From positions 3,782,001 to 3,846,000 of the forward strand of contig NC_042999.1 of NCBI RefSeq assembly GCF_006345805.1: DNA of 64,000 nucleotides, read 5' to 3'. Shown here one piece after another: positions 52,393-64,000 of the stretch. The notes under the pieces were generated by a model. It saw only the letters and a list, made by a program, of their open reading frames with translations, did not search any database and was not told where the DNA came from. Origin of the DNA: Octopus sinensis (lineage: Eukaryota). The position numbers and the translations under genes were made by a program. How positions within the stretch are numbered: the first letter of the stretch is position 1; each line of letters begins with the position of its first letter.

Positions 52393-53052
52393 AGGCAGTG
52401 AGCTGGCAGAAACATTAGCACGCAGGGCAAAATGCTTAGCAATATTTCGTCTGTCTTTACGTTTTGAGTTCAAATTCCACCAAGGTCGACTTTGCTTTTC
52501 ATCCTTTCAGGGTCGATAAATTAAGTACCAGTTGCATACTGGGGTCGATCTAGTCGACTGGCCTCCTCCCCCAAAATTGAAGGCCTTGTGCCTAGAGCAG
52601 AAAAGAATATTAGAATGAAGAAAGGCAGTGAGCTGGTAGAAACGTTAGCACCTTAGCAGTATTTTGTTTGTCTACGTTTTGAGTTCAAATTCCACCAAGG
52701 TCGACTTTGCCTTTCATCCTTTCAGGGTCGATAAATTAAGTACCAGTTGTGTACTGGGGTTGATCTAATTGACTGGCCCTCTCCTTTAAAATTGTGGGCC
52801 TTGGGCCTAGAGTGGAAAAGAATATTAGAATAAAGAAAGGCGGTGAGCTGGCAGAAACATTAGCACGCATGGCAAAATGCTTAGCAGTATTTCGTTTGTC
52901 TTTATGTTTTGAGTTCAAATTCCACCAAGGTCGATTTTGCCTTTCATCCTTTCAGGGTCGATAAATTAAGTACCAGTTGTGTACTGGGGTCAATCTAATC
53001 GACTGGACCCCTCCCCCAAAATTGCGGGCCTTTTGCCTAGAATAGAAAATAT
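52393..53052 (+). mobile_element. Head-to-tail trimer of family B SINEs inside a 60-bp direct repeat
   Basis: Copies start at ~52394, ~52624 and ~52839. The flanks 52333-52392 and 53053-53112 are near-identical. Confidence 0.92.
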
Positions 53053-53119
53053 TATAAAGAAATAAGTATGGTTTGATTGAAAGAAGAGGTTTGGCAATAT
53101 TAGAATGAGGAAGTCGTCA

Positions 53120-53320
53120 TTGTGGCACTCCATCGGTTATGATGACAAGGGTTCCAGTTGATCCAACCAACGGAACAGCCTGCTCATGAAATTAATGTGT
53201 AAGTGATTGAGCACTCTACAGACATGTATACCTTTAACGTAGTTCTCGGGGAGATTCAGCATGGCACAAAGTGTGACATGGCCCTTCGAAATAAAACTAC
53301 AACAGAAACAGGAAGTGAGG
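53120..53320 (-). mobile_element. Family C SINE 3' part
   Basis: Matches ~59665-59860. Confidence 0.8.
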
Positions 53321-53699
53321 TCACCAAAAAAAGAACCCTCAAATGAGTGAGAATACAGTAAAAAATAAGGTAGCTTTATGCCAGGTGTTGAGAGGTAAAA
53401 ATATGATAGAAGGACAGGAATAAGCCTTTCATTACAAGGAGATACATGGCTATTATATAAAGGTGGATGTGAGTAGCTGGAAAGACATAAAGATCATGAT
53501 GAGGTATCAGGGTAAAATCTTTCCATATTTTTTGCCAATCATGATATTTAAGTTTAAAACCTCATGACATTATTATCTCCTTCAATCATTCTTCTTCAGA
53601 GACTGTTTGTCAATTCCTGCAGGAATATTAAGCTTCATGTAAGTGGATATCTTTGGGTGTATGCTTTGTGTAACACTGCCTTGTTATGTACTCCTGTTT

Positions 53700-54420
53700 G
53701 TGAATGCATGTGGCTTAGTGGTTAGGGTATATGTGGCTCATGGCCATAAAGTCATGAGTTCAATTCCTGACAGTGCCTTGTGTCCTTGAGCAAGACACTT
53801 TATTTCACATTGTTCCAGTCCACCCAACTAACAAAAATGAGTTGTACCAGTAATTCAAAGGGGCCAGTCTTGTCACATCCAGTATCATACTGAATCTTCC
53901 TTAGAACTACATTATGGGCATACATAGGTGCAGGAGTGGCTGTGTGGTAAGTAGCTTGCAAACCAGCCACATAGTTCCGGGTTCAGTCCCACTGCGTGGC
54001 ATCTTGGGCAAGTGTCTTCTGCTATAGCCCCGGGCCGACCAATGCCTTGTGAGTGGATTTGGTAGATGGAAACTGAAAGAAGCCTGTCGTATATATGTAT
54101 ATATATGTGTATGTGTGTGTTTGTGTGCCTGTGTTTGTCCCCCTAGCATTGCTTGACAACCGATGCTGGTGTGTTTATGTCCCCGTCACTTAGCGGTTCG
54201 GCAAAAGAGACCGATAGAATGAGTACCGGGCTTACAAAGAATAAGTCCTGGGGTCGATTTGCTCGACTAAAGGTGGTGCTCCAGCATGGCCGCAGTCAAA
54301 TGACAAAAACAAGTAAAAGAGTATGTCTGGAGTGCTCAGCCACTTACATATTAATTTCATAAGCAGGCTGTTCCACTGATCGGGTCATTGGAACCCATGT
54401 TATAATTGGCAGAGTGCCAG
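53700..54420 (+). mobile_element. tRNA-derived SINE with a C-type tail, interrupted by a young family A SINE (~53927-54322)
   Basis: Head GTGGCTTAGTGGTTAGGG...GAGTTCAATTCC...TGTCCTTGAGCAAGACAC. The C-type tail GAGTGCTCAGCCACTTAC resumes after the A copy. Confidence 0.8.
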
Positions 54421-55844
54421 TTACACCTGTTTGCATAACATACATTATATCAACCATCGGCCAAATCTATGAAACTATAATTTGTTCATCCATCTATTCT
54501 CTTTTCTTTACACCCTAGCTTTGTATTTCATATAACCAACTCTTGTTCTGCTGAAATAGTTCACCCTGATTAAGTAGTTGAGGGGTTTAAGAATTTTATC
54601 TGTCTGACTATAAATTAGGTGCTTATCTATTTTATGCATGCACTAACCTCATCTTACCCACAGTACATACATACATAATACATACACACACACACATACA
54701 TACATACATACATACATACACATACATACATACATACATACATACATACATACATACATACATACATACATACATACATACATACATACATACATACATG
54801 CATGCATGCATGCATGCATATATATGTATGTATGTATGCATATATAATTTATATATATCTCTGCCAGATCAGATTGGAGCCTGGTTCAGCCATCTGGTTC
54901 GCAAGTCCTCAGTCAAATCATCCAACCTATGCTAGCATAGAAAGCGGACGTTAAACAATGATGATGATGATGATATATATATATATATATAGACTTTTCC
55001 TCCTATGTGTTAAAGCAGGCATAAGCATTTTTGCATGCACAAATACACATGATGAGTACTTTCGCCTGCCAAATTCAATCACAAGGCTTCGGTCAGCCCA
55101 AGGTTATAGCAGAAGACACGCACAGAATGCACCATGTGCTATTCTTTCCCTGATAAATTTGTGAGAAACAGCTCTAATGGCAATTAAAGTCTAACATCTA
55201 ATCTAATGCCAGGTATTTCTATTACAACACAAGATTTCTTTAATACTATACAAGAGTAAAAAAATTTCTTCTCGTTCAGTTAATGTTTAAAAATAACATG
55301 AAAATTCACGCCTCTTGTTAACACCATAGTAAAACCAATCCATTTTCAGGTTCATTCAACTATTTTGTTTTTTCATTCTTTATTTTCCTTGATAATCAGT
55401 AAGCTGACATTTCTTTCTGCCTGGGAAGCCCAGCGGTCTGCAAAATTTTCTGAAACTTGCTTTAAAATTAAATGTCATTCAGTTTTCTAAATTATTGATA
55501 TTATAATCGTATTTGATAGTATTTTATTTAATTTGATAGCACTTAGTAATCTGCCATTAAGTTTTCTTCCAACCTGGTTCATCTCTACAAGAAAACTTTC
55601 ATGAAAATCAAATATTCCATTTAATCTACTTAATTGCCAGTTTTGTTTCACTGAATATGAAGCAAGAACTCATAGAATTTTCCAAATGACATATTTGTAG
55701 ACTTTACACAATAATAAAAGTGATATGTTGCATATGATTTCCTTGCCATGGATATACAAGCTGTATTATAGTATGTTTATAATTTTGTTAATTCACTCAA
55801 CAAGACACCAATTTCATTTGAATTATATAAGGCACAAACTTGGT

Positions 55845-56109
55845 CAGTGGCAGACTGGCCAGGTTGCCAACTTGCCCAATGGCAAGTGGGCTCCTATGCC
55901 ATTAGAATCCATATATGGAGGCCATCCCCTCAAGTTTGAGAATTTTTTATTCACTCCTGGAAGAATACTTTATTTCAGCCTGGCTGTATTTGTAGACAGT
56001 TGAAAAGAATACTTTTAATAAAAACAAAAATTAAATGATAGCATTGCAGTTGTGGGTGGACCCCCTTAGTCTCTTAGCAACCAATATTTTTAGACCCAGT
56101 CTGCCACTG
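55845..56109. mobile_element. hAT-type MITE (14-bp TIR, 8-bp TSD) inserted in the head of an old family A SINE
   Basis: Perfect TIR CAGTGGCAGACTGG ... CCAGTCTGCCACTG. Flanks AACTTGGT / AACATGGC match at 6 of 8 positions. Confidence 0.85.
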
Positions 56110-57589
56110 AACATGGCTGTGGGATTTAGAAGTTTGTTTCCCAGCCATGAGCTTTTGGGTTCAGCTCCACTCCATGATATGTTCAGCAAGTCTTTTTCTG
56201 CCATAGCATCAAGCCAACTATATATAATAATAATGAAATTATTGTATACAGTGCTCAGGTGCACCACAACTTGTCAAAGGTGCATATAAGGCATATGCAG
56301 TAACGTACAAATGTCTGGAAAGTGAACAGTGTATGAGTCAAATACATGCTTGTGTGTGTATGGAGGGGAGAAAATCAGGTGTAGTGTTACCAAATCTCAG
56401 GAAGCATGGAAGTTTTGAAGGATGCAGTGCTCCAACAACTAACAACTGATGCTGGCAGTTTGTTTCATGCTTCAGCAACTCTTGTATATGTATGTGTGTG
56501 TTTGCCTCTCCTTGTCTTGACATCATGTGATGGTTGTGAGTGAGCATCACTAGACAGGTTAAGGGTTAAACATAATCAATTATAGTGATTTCTTTCTGCT
56601 GTTTATTGTTGTAATTCTTCCATGGAAAGATGCTGGGCCATGGGGAAATATTACCTTGCTAAGAAATAGGCATGAGTTGGCAACAAGATGTCATCTTGCT
56701 AAACAAATTCTGTCTCAAATATGCAAGCATGGAAAAAGTGGACGTTAAAACAATGATAATTGCTGCTGGAAAAGTAATGATCACTTAGCAGGATTTGAAA
56801 TCAGATTGTAGACATCTGAAACAAAATATTATAAATCATTAACACCTTCTATTACTCCATTACTCTAAAAAGGTAAAAATAACTTTTTTTTAATGATTAT
56901 TTTATAATCATAAATTTCTAAAATATATTTTGACTCTTGAGGGAATGAAAGGTAAAATATACACTCTCACCATTTGAACTTATTCACAGAAACAAGAGAC
57001 GGAATTTTGCATTTATTTTGTTATGTTAACATTTCTGTCATTAACTGCCTAAAAAATTTCAAATATTAATTATGTATGTGCATATGCAGCAGGTGGGGGA
57101 CAGGTGCGTCTCATTTATTTTAATTTTTGATTATTTCATTAATTTGTAATTCAAAATTTCATTTGCAAAGGAATTCAGAAATAAAAGAAAGGAAAAAAAT
57201 AGGAAGTATAAATATGGAAAGTTGTCTGAGAAAGCAAAATAAATTTCATCATGATTGCAAACAACATAAATTCATTCCTCAAATTAAATAAGTTCCACAA
57301 CTCCATATGTGTGTGTGTGTGTGTGTGTGTTTGGTGAGTGACTGAGTGTGTTTGTGTTTGTGTATGTGTATACAAAATACATACATACACACATGCATAC
57401 AAATATATATACATACATGTATATTCACATGTACATATGCACATATACATATATATACATACATATATATAATATATAATATATATTATATACATTATAT
57501 ATAGTATATATAATATTTATATATATATTATATAAATATATATATATAATATATATTATATATAATATATATATAATATATATAATATT

Positions 57590-57665
<76 letters not shown>

Positions 57666-57701
57666 AAATATATATAAACAATGCATATATATATGTGTGT
57701 G

Positions 57702-57733
<32 letters not shown>

Positions 57734-58319
57734 TATAACTATTGCTAGCATGGAAAGCGGACGTTAACCGATGATGATGATGATATATACATAGAATCAT
57801 ATACATACATAGAGAGTAACAAGATAAATATAATAAAGAAAGAATTAATCATTTCAGAATTTCTTAAATGGTTTCGGTGACCAGTTAAATTTTAACTGTC
57901 AGTTAATGCAACATTACTAATTGTGCACTCGTACATCAAGATGTTAAACTAAACTAGACGATGTTTGTTCAAAGACCGTGGTTTGTGTCAATGATACATT
58001 AGCTAAAGTTGGTAGGTTCACTTAACTGGAAGGCATGATTAATGGAGAGAATCAGTTAAATGGAAGAAAGTAAGAAGTATAGAGGGAATGACTGTAAGCA
58101 GTTCAATGACTTAATGTCTACCATTAGATTAAAACACTGCTTATGTTCTATTTATAGTTAAAGCATTATATCCATTTCAGGTTAAGTTTATATTAACTTG
58201 AATTTTATTTTCCATCCATCAGCTGAAATTGCTGAGATAGGAAGGCATTTCTGGTTTGCATAAATTTTTGTTTCCACCATTCACTACATCCACTTCTCAA
58301 CACTTTTTCTTCATTCTGA

Positions 58320-58530
58320 CTGGCCCTCGTGCCGGTGGCACGTAAAAAGCACCCACTACACTCTTGGAGTGGTTGGCATTAGGAAGGGCATCCAGCTGTA
58401 GAAACTCTGCCAGATCAAGGTTGGAGCCTGGTGCAGCCATCTGGTTCGCCAGTCCTCAGTCAAAATCGTCCAGCCCATGCTAGCATGGAAAGCGGATGTT
58501 AAACGATGACGATGATGATGATAATGATGA
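58320..58530 (+). mobile_element. Family D element in sense orientation, ending in (GAT)n
   Basis: GTGCCGGTGGCACGTAAAAAGCACC...GGCATCCAGCTGTAGAAAC...GTTAAACGATGACGATGAT. Confidence 0.88.
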
Positions 58531-58873
58531 TATTTACATGCACTCATCCCCATTCCCCATCTTTCATTCTCCCATATACTCTTGCAGCATCTATCCACCT
58601 ACAATCTGGTTCTTCTGTCCCCACTCATTTCTAGTTACCTTGTACCTTGAGGGACGACCCAGACATTTCTTAATCCTTATATTCATCTCTTTCAAGCTCC
58701 ACCTGCTCACCCCAATCTTCTCTTTAAAATGAGAGTAGCCACATGGCTCCCCCTACAGCAAGAAATCTCTTCTGCTGTAACCTCTTCTCTCAAATTTTAA
58801 CCTCTCATTGCCAAGCATAAAGCCACCTCCCTCACTAGTGCTGGTGGCCCAAAAATAGCAGCCAGTACATGCT

Positions 58874-59118
58874 TTAACCCTTTTGATACCAATCCGGCCA
58901 AAACCGCCTCTAGCTCTGTAGTACTGATGTCTTGTTTTCATAAGTTCTTGTTTTCATAAGTATTGAATTAAAATCTTCCACCAAACCCTAGTCACAATTT
59001 ATGTTCCCAACACTAGCTTAATAATAACTAAGTTCTTTTACTAAATTCTTTGTTATATATAAATTAATTGAATGAAACACAGAGCATCTCAAAATAAATA
59101 CAGTAATGAAAGGGTTAA
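58874..59118. mobile_element. Second piggyBac-type MITE family
   Basis: TTAA|CCCTTT ... AAAGGG|TTAA. Decayed relatives lie near 59280-59460, 62180-62340 and 62640-62830. Confidence 0.7.
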
Positions 59119-59659
59119 AGTGGCTGGCATTATGAAGGAAATCCAGTCATGAAAACAATATCAAAGTAGACTATGGAGCAAAATACAGTCCTTGGACTTG
59201 TTGGATCCTGTCAAACCGTCCAACCTACAATAGCATGGGACATAGATGTTAAGTGATGATGATGGTGAAATATACACTACTTTTGTTTCAAATAATTCTG
59301 TAAATGAAGAATTTAGTAAAATAAAATTTTCAAAGTGGTGTTCAGAACATATATTAACATGAAATTTTGATAGGAGTTTATAATTTACAGCATTTCAAAA
59401 CAAGAGGTTTAAATCACAGAACCAAGGGCAGTCTCAAGTAGGTTGGTATTGAAAAATCAAGGCATTAAGATAATCAGCCAATTTTTGTATGAAAATCATA
59501 TTAAAGTGTTGTCATTCATTTAAAGCAAAACATGCTTTAGTTCAGGTCATCTCTATTAACCACCATTTCTTTTCAAAGATATACTGTTTAACTGGAAATA
59601 ATTGATGAATTCTACTTATACCAATCCTGTTCGCAATTGGCAGTAGATTCCAATTAGTA

Positions 59660-60046
59660 AGGGAAGCACTCCGTCGGTTACGACGATGAGGGTTCCAGTT
59701 GATCCGAATCAATGGAACAGCCTGCTCATGAAATTAATGTGTAAGTGGCTGAGCACTCTACAGACACGTGTACCCTTAACATAGTTCTTGGAGAGATTCA
59801 GCGTGACACAGAGAGTGACAAGGCTAGCCCCTTGAAATACAGGTACAACAGAAACAGGAAGTAAGAGTGAGAGAAAGTTGTGGTGAAAGAGTACAGCAGG
59901 GATCACCACCATCCCCTGCCGGAGCCTCGTGGAGCTTTTAGGTGTTTTCGCTCAATAAACACTCACAACGCCCGGTCTGGGAATCGAAACCGCAATCCTA
60001 TGACCGTGGGTCCGCTGCCCTAACCACTGGGCCATTGCACCTCCAC
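59660..60046 (-). mobile_element. Full-length family C tRNA-derived SINE with TSD
   Basis: Minus-strand head GGAGGTGCAATGGCCCAGTGGTTAGGGCAGCGGAC...GGTTTCGATTCCC (A and B boxes). CAATTAGTA is duplicated at 59651 and 60046. Confidence 0.9.
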
Positions 60047-60813
60047 AATTAGTATTCCAATTAGTATTCTTCTCATCACTAGTACTAACTTCAAGAATTT
60101 CTGTATATCATGCGTTTTATGAACAGTAATGACACTGGTTTATAAGTTTCCTAATAGACCAATCACAGGTTCACTGCATTTCTGATGGCAAGAGGGACAA
60201 AGGAAGTCAGAGTAACTGATCCAGACTTGAATGCCACATGGTATTGTCTGATATCCCAGTTAATTGGCAGTTTCTAGAAACATGTATGCGTACACACATA
60301 TCATTTATCATCCACTTCCCCATGCTTGCATGAGTCAGACAATTTGTTGAAGAAGATTTTCTATGGCTTTTCTTTGCCCTTCCTGTTTCCAATCTTTACC
60401 TGTTCCAAGCAAGGTAATATTCCCCCATGGCCATACATGTTCTGCACAGAACAAATGAACAACATCATTGTATGACAATGATGCTTGCTTACAACTATTA
60501 AGTGATGTCAAGATGGCAGGTACATACACACATGACAAATTGTTAAAGAAAACTGAAGAAAGATAGACTTTTTTCAACTTACATCTATTTGCAAGGATTT
60601 GCTTTGCCCAGAGCTGTAGTACAAAACACTTGCCCAAGGTGACACACAGTGGGACTGAATCCAAAACTACATGAATGGAGAGCAAACTTATATTAATCAA
60701 CATTTGAGTTGCTTTTTAATTTCTGCCAACTAAAATTAAAAAACTTATGGACTATTTCGTTTTGGGATTTGGTTTGCAAGATTCTTTATATGAGTTCGTG
60801 TGTTGAAGCATAT

Positions 60814-61082
60814 TCTGTTGTGTCTGGGGAGAGTCATTTTCTTTTAGTACCTTATAATGTAACACATTCACCAGTAAAATTTCTACTTATTTCTTATTTT
60901 TATTTCCCTAAAATTTTCGTTGCGTCTTGCAACCTTTTCAATAGTCTTGACTCTCAAGACTATTGAAAAGATGCAATGAAAATTTTAGGACAATAAAAAT
61001 AAGAAATAAGTAGAAATTTTACCGGTGAGTGTGTTACATTATAAAGCACAAAAAGAAAATGACTCTCCCCAGACACAACAGA
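60814..61082. repeat. ~270-bp near-perfect palindrome (3-nt loop at 60951-60953), probably an inverted Penelope-like terminal repeat
   Basis: TCTGTTGTGTCTGGGGAGAGTCATTTTC...CTTTTCAATAGTCTTGA-CTC-TCAAGACTATTGAAAAG...GAAAATGACTCTCCCCAGACACAACAGA. Confidence 0.9.
60908..60944 (-). ncRNA. Minimal hammerhead-like motif with a U3-A8 core
   Basis: Minus strand reads CTA-TTGAAAA-G-GTTGC(AAGAC)GCAAC-GAAA-AT-TT-TAG. Confidence 0.45.
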
Positions 61083-62347
61083 TTATGGACTATTGACTTC
61101 TATTTTCCCCTCATTTGTATTTCCAAACACACACATATGATATAAAGGAAAAGGAGGTTGTCAAATTTTTTGATAACCAAAATTCTGATTTATCTTCCTT
61201 TTCTTAATTTATAAAATACCTATGTACACCACTTCAAACAATCTATACATGCAATCATACATACATATACATGTGTGTGTGTATATATATATGTAAATAT
61301 ATATATATAAATGAGAGAGAGGGAGGAGGGAGGTTAATCAGTGATGCAAGAGTTAGCTATTGCTGAAGAGATATTACGAGGCTGAAACATGTATAAAGGC
61401 CAATTTCATAGTCTCTCATTTTTATTCATCTTTCGGAAAAATTCTTTCTTACAAAGTAAATATATTTGCATTTTTACTGAACCTGACAATGAATTTTCTA
61501 GCTCCAAACAATAAAAGAGAATCAAAGAAAAAATTCCAACTGACAGGCTGAAATATCCTTTGTACTATTTTCACCTCGTGACCAAGGATCAATTAGCTGT
61601 TGTACTCAGATCACATTCTGTTGTAGGTTTAAGACCAAACACTTATTGTGCATCAATATCTTGGTCAAAGCAGCAAATTTTGATAGTTTTGTAAAGAGGA
61701 AGCACCAATGTCAATATCATTTATATAAATTATAACGCTGGTCTCCAGACAGTTATGTTGTGAATGTCATCTCATTACTATTTCTTTCAATTTATAACTA
61801 CTCATTACTCCCTGAGAGACAATGAGATGCAGACATGATCTGCATTCTAATGGCTGTTGACTTTTCCTATTTTGCTGAAGCTAACATTTATTTTTGTCTC
61901 TTAAAAGTCAATAAAGCATGTATCTACAATTTACTAGTGGAGGCACATGACTTAGTGGTTAGATTGTGGTTTCAATTCCTGTACTGGGCAATGCATTGTG
62001 TTCTTGAGCAAAACACTTCATTTCATGTTGCTCCAGTCCATTCAAAAGATAAAAATGAGTGACAGACCAGCGTCTCATCCAGGGAGGAATATATACACCA
62101 GAGAAACTAGAAAACTGGCCCTATGGTCCTTATTCAAGTAATGTTGACTAACTGGGTTTAATCATGCTGACCCCCACTTAACTTTGATATGAATTTAATG
62201 CTTTAAAGTGATTTAAATTAAAAGTTTTCAACAAATTTTCAGGTTAATTCCTGCTCCAGTGTATTAATGAGTTATTTTACTAAATTCTTCTTTTTTTCCA
62301 TAATTAACTGAAACAGAAAGCAATATATCTCAACAGAAACATGGCGA

Positions 62348-62510
62348 AGGCAGCGAGCTGGCAGAAATGTTAGCACACCGGGTGAAATGCTTAGCGGTAT
62401 TTCGTCTACCATTACGTTCTGAGTTCAAATTCTGCCAAGGTCGACTTTGCTTTTCATCCTTTTGGAGTCGATAAATTAAGTACCAGCTTAATTTATCCCT
62501 TTGTTTGTCC
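62348..62510 (+). mobile_element. Family B SINE
   Basis: Near-consensus head and core. Confidence 0.88.
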
Positions 62511-63499
62511 TTGGCTGGAACTTAAGTTTGAAACTGCTAATCTCTGAGTGTATCATTGAATGGTTGGTTGGACCAGTATCATCCTTAAGAGTTTATCCAA
62601 TGTATTTTTTTTTTAATGTTTCAATAGAGGTCCCTTTTGTATTTCTAATTTCTTTACATAGGCAGTGAAAAAATATAGAAATTAACTCACTATTAAGCTG
62701 ATTGTTTCAAACACAAATCAATATTAAATTATGATGGAAAATTTAAATTTTGATCATTATAAAATCTGAATTTTGTATCATATCATACATCATGCAGCTG
62801 TCTCATTTAAGCTGGTATCAAAAGGATTAAGACTATATTATCACATATTCGCACAGATCTTTGCAGGAATATTTCTTACAATGTATACATGATATCAAAA
62901 CCAAGCATTCTACCAAATTTATGGCAGGATTTAGCTTCTGGCACCAGTGCCTAACACCCACCTCACCCTAATATTTGTCCTTTTACTCTTCTACTTCTTC
63001 AAGTCAAACAAGATGCAAATACTAAATATTTAGAAAAAACGAAAAAGAAAATCGAAAACAGAAACAAATTCATATGAAACTCTATCTATTAGAAGAGCTA
63101 TCAATTTTGGTCCATCTTCCATGTTAATGATATGAAAGATTATTATATTAATAGTTCATATTACCTGCACAAATCAATGTATGACCATCATCAGCAGTAT
63201 TAGCCTCTATCCTCTATCTTCTCCTCTTCCTCATCATCATCATTATCATCATCATAATCATCGTAGGCATCGTTATGATTTGGTCATTGCTTTCACTACT
63301 AATGTAAACCAATAGTATTAATGAGAAAATGTCATTTTCGTTTAATGCAATTTGTTGTAACCAGGACTTTCATTTCAGTGGTGGGCGGCAGCTGGGTTGG
63401 GGATAGATTTCTGCTTAACTAATGAAGGTATAAGGGAAAACAAAAAAAAAGAGAAAAAGAGAAAAAAAAAAGAAAATACAAACAGAAAATTATTGATGA

Positions 63500-63748
63500 A
63501 ATGACGATGATGATGATGATGATGATGATATCCGTAATGATAGTCATAATGGTGACAACGGTGATGACAAAGATGATGCTAATGATTGATGATAATAATG
63601 ATGGTGATAACGATAACGAAAATGATTACAAATTTGAAAAATGATAACACCAACACTGATGATAACGATGACACTGGTGATGATGATGGTGATGATGATG
63701 GTGATGATGATGGTGATGATGATGGTGATGATGATGGTGATGATGATC
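63500..63748. repeat. (GAT/GGT)n compound microsatellite, followed by a reverse family B SINE (~63760-63960)
   Basis: Directly visible. Confidence 0.85.
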
Positions 63749-64000
63749 AAGGTTGTTCTTAATTTCGACACAAGGCCAACAACTTAAGCGGGAGGGGGCT
63801 AATTGATTACATTGAATTCAGTACTTGACTGGTATTTCATCTTATCAACCCTCAAAGGATGAAAGGCAATGTTGACCTCAGTGGCATTTGAACATAGAAC
63901 GTATAGAGCCAAAAGCAATGTTGCTAGGCGTTTAGTTCGATTTACTAATGCTTCTGCCATCTTACTATCTTCGTAATAAACCTTCTGCTACAGATACTAA

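Noticed and set aside
59960-60046. tRNA gene
   Set aside because: The tRNA-like A/B boxes continue into a SINE body with a TSD, so this is a SINE head.

Overview
AT-rich eukaryotic DNA saturated with microsatellites and SINEs. The repeat families look like those of an Octopus (coleoid cephalopod) genome; this is inferred from remembered repeat sequences, not from a search. Almost every ORF in the supplied track is a microsatellite or SINE read-through. The only credible host coding sequence is a short signal-peptide-like first exon (6221-6330, +, followed by GTAAGT). It lies after about 4.6 kb without SINEs, which is probably promoter and 5'UTR, so the rest of the window may be one very large intron or intergenic DNA. 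The mobile elements I can support are: three tRNA-derived SINE families; an RTE-tailed non-autonomous element with an internal VNTR; RTE LINE remnants; a decayed Helitron; a Tc1/mariner transposase remnant; mariner, hAT and piggyBac-type MITEs; and Penelope-like remnants. The most unusual items are two minimal hammerhead-ribozyme-like motifs (one with a U3-A8 covariant core, inside a ~270-bp near-perfect palindrome), a U6 snRNA retrocopy fused to a SINE-type tail, and SINE insertions flanked by ~60-bp direct repeats, including a head-to-tail trimer. I cannot support a genuinely new multi-gene system here.
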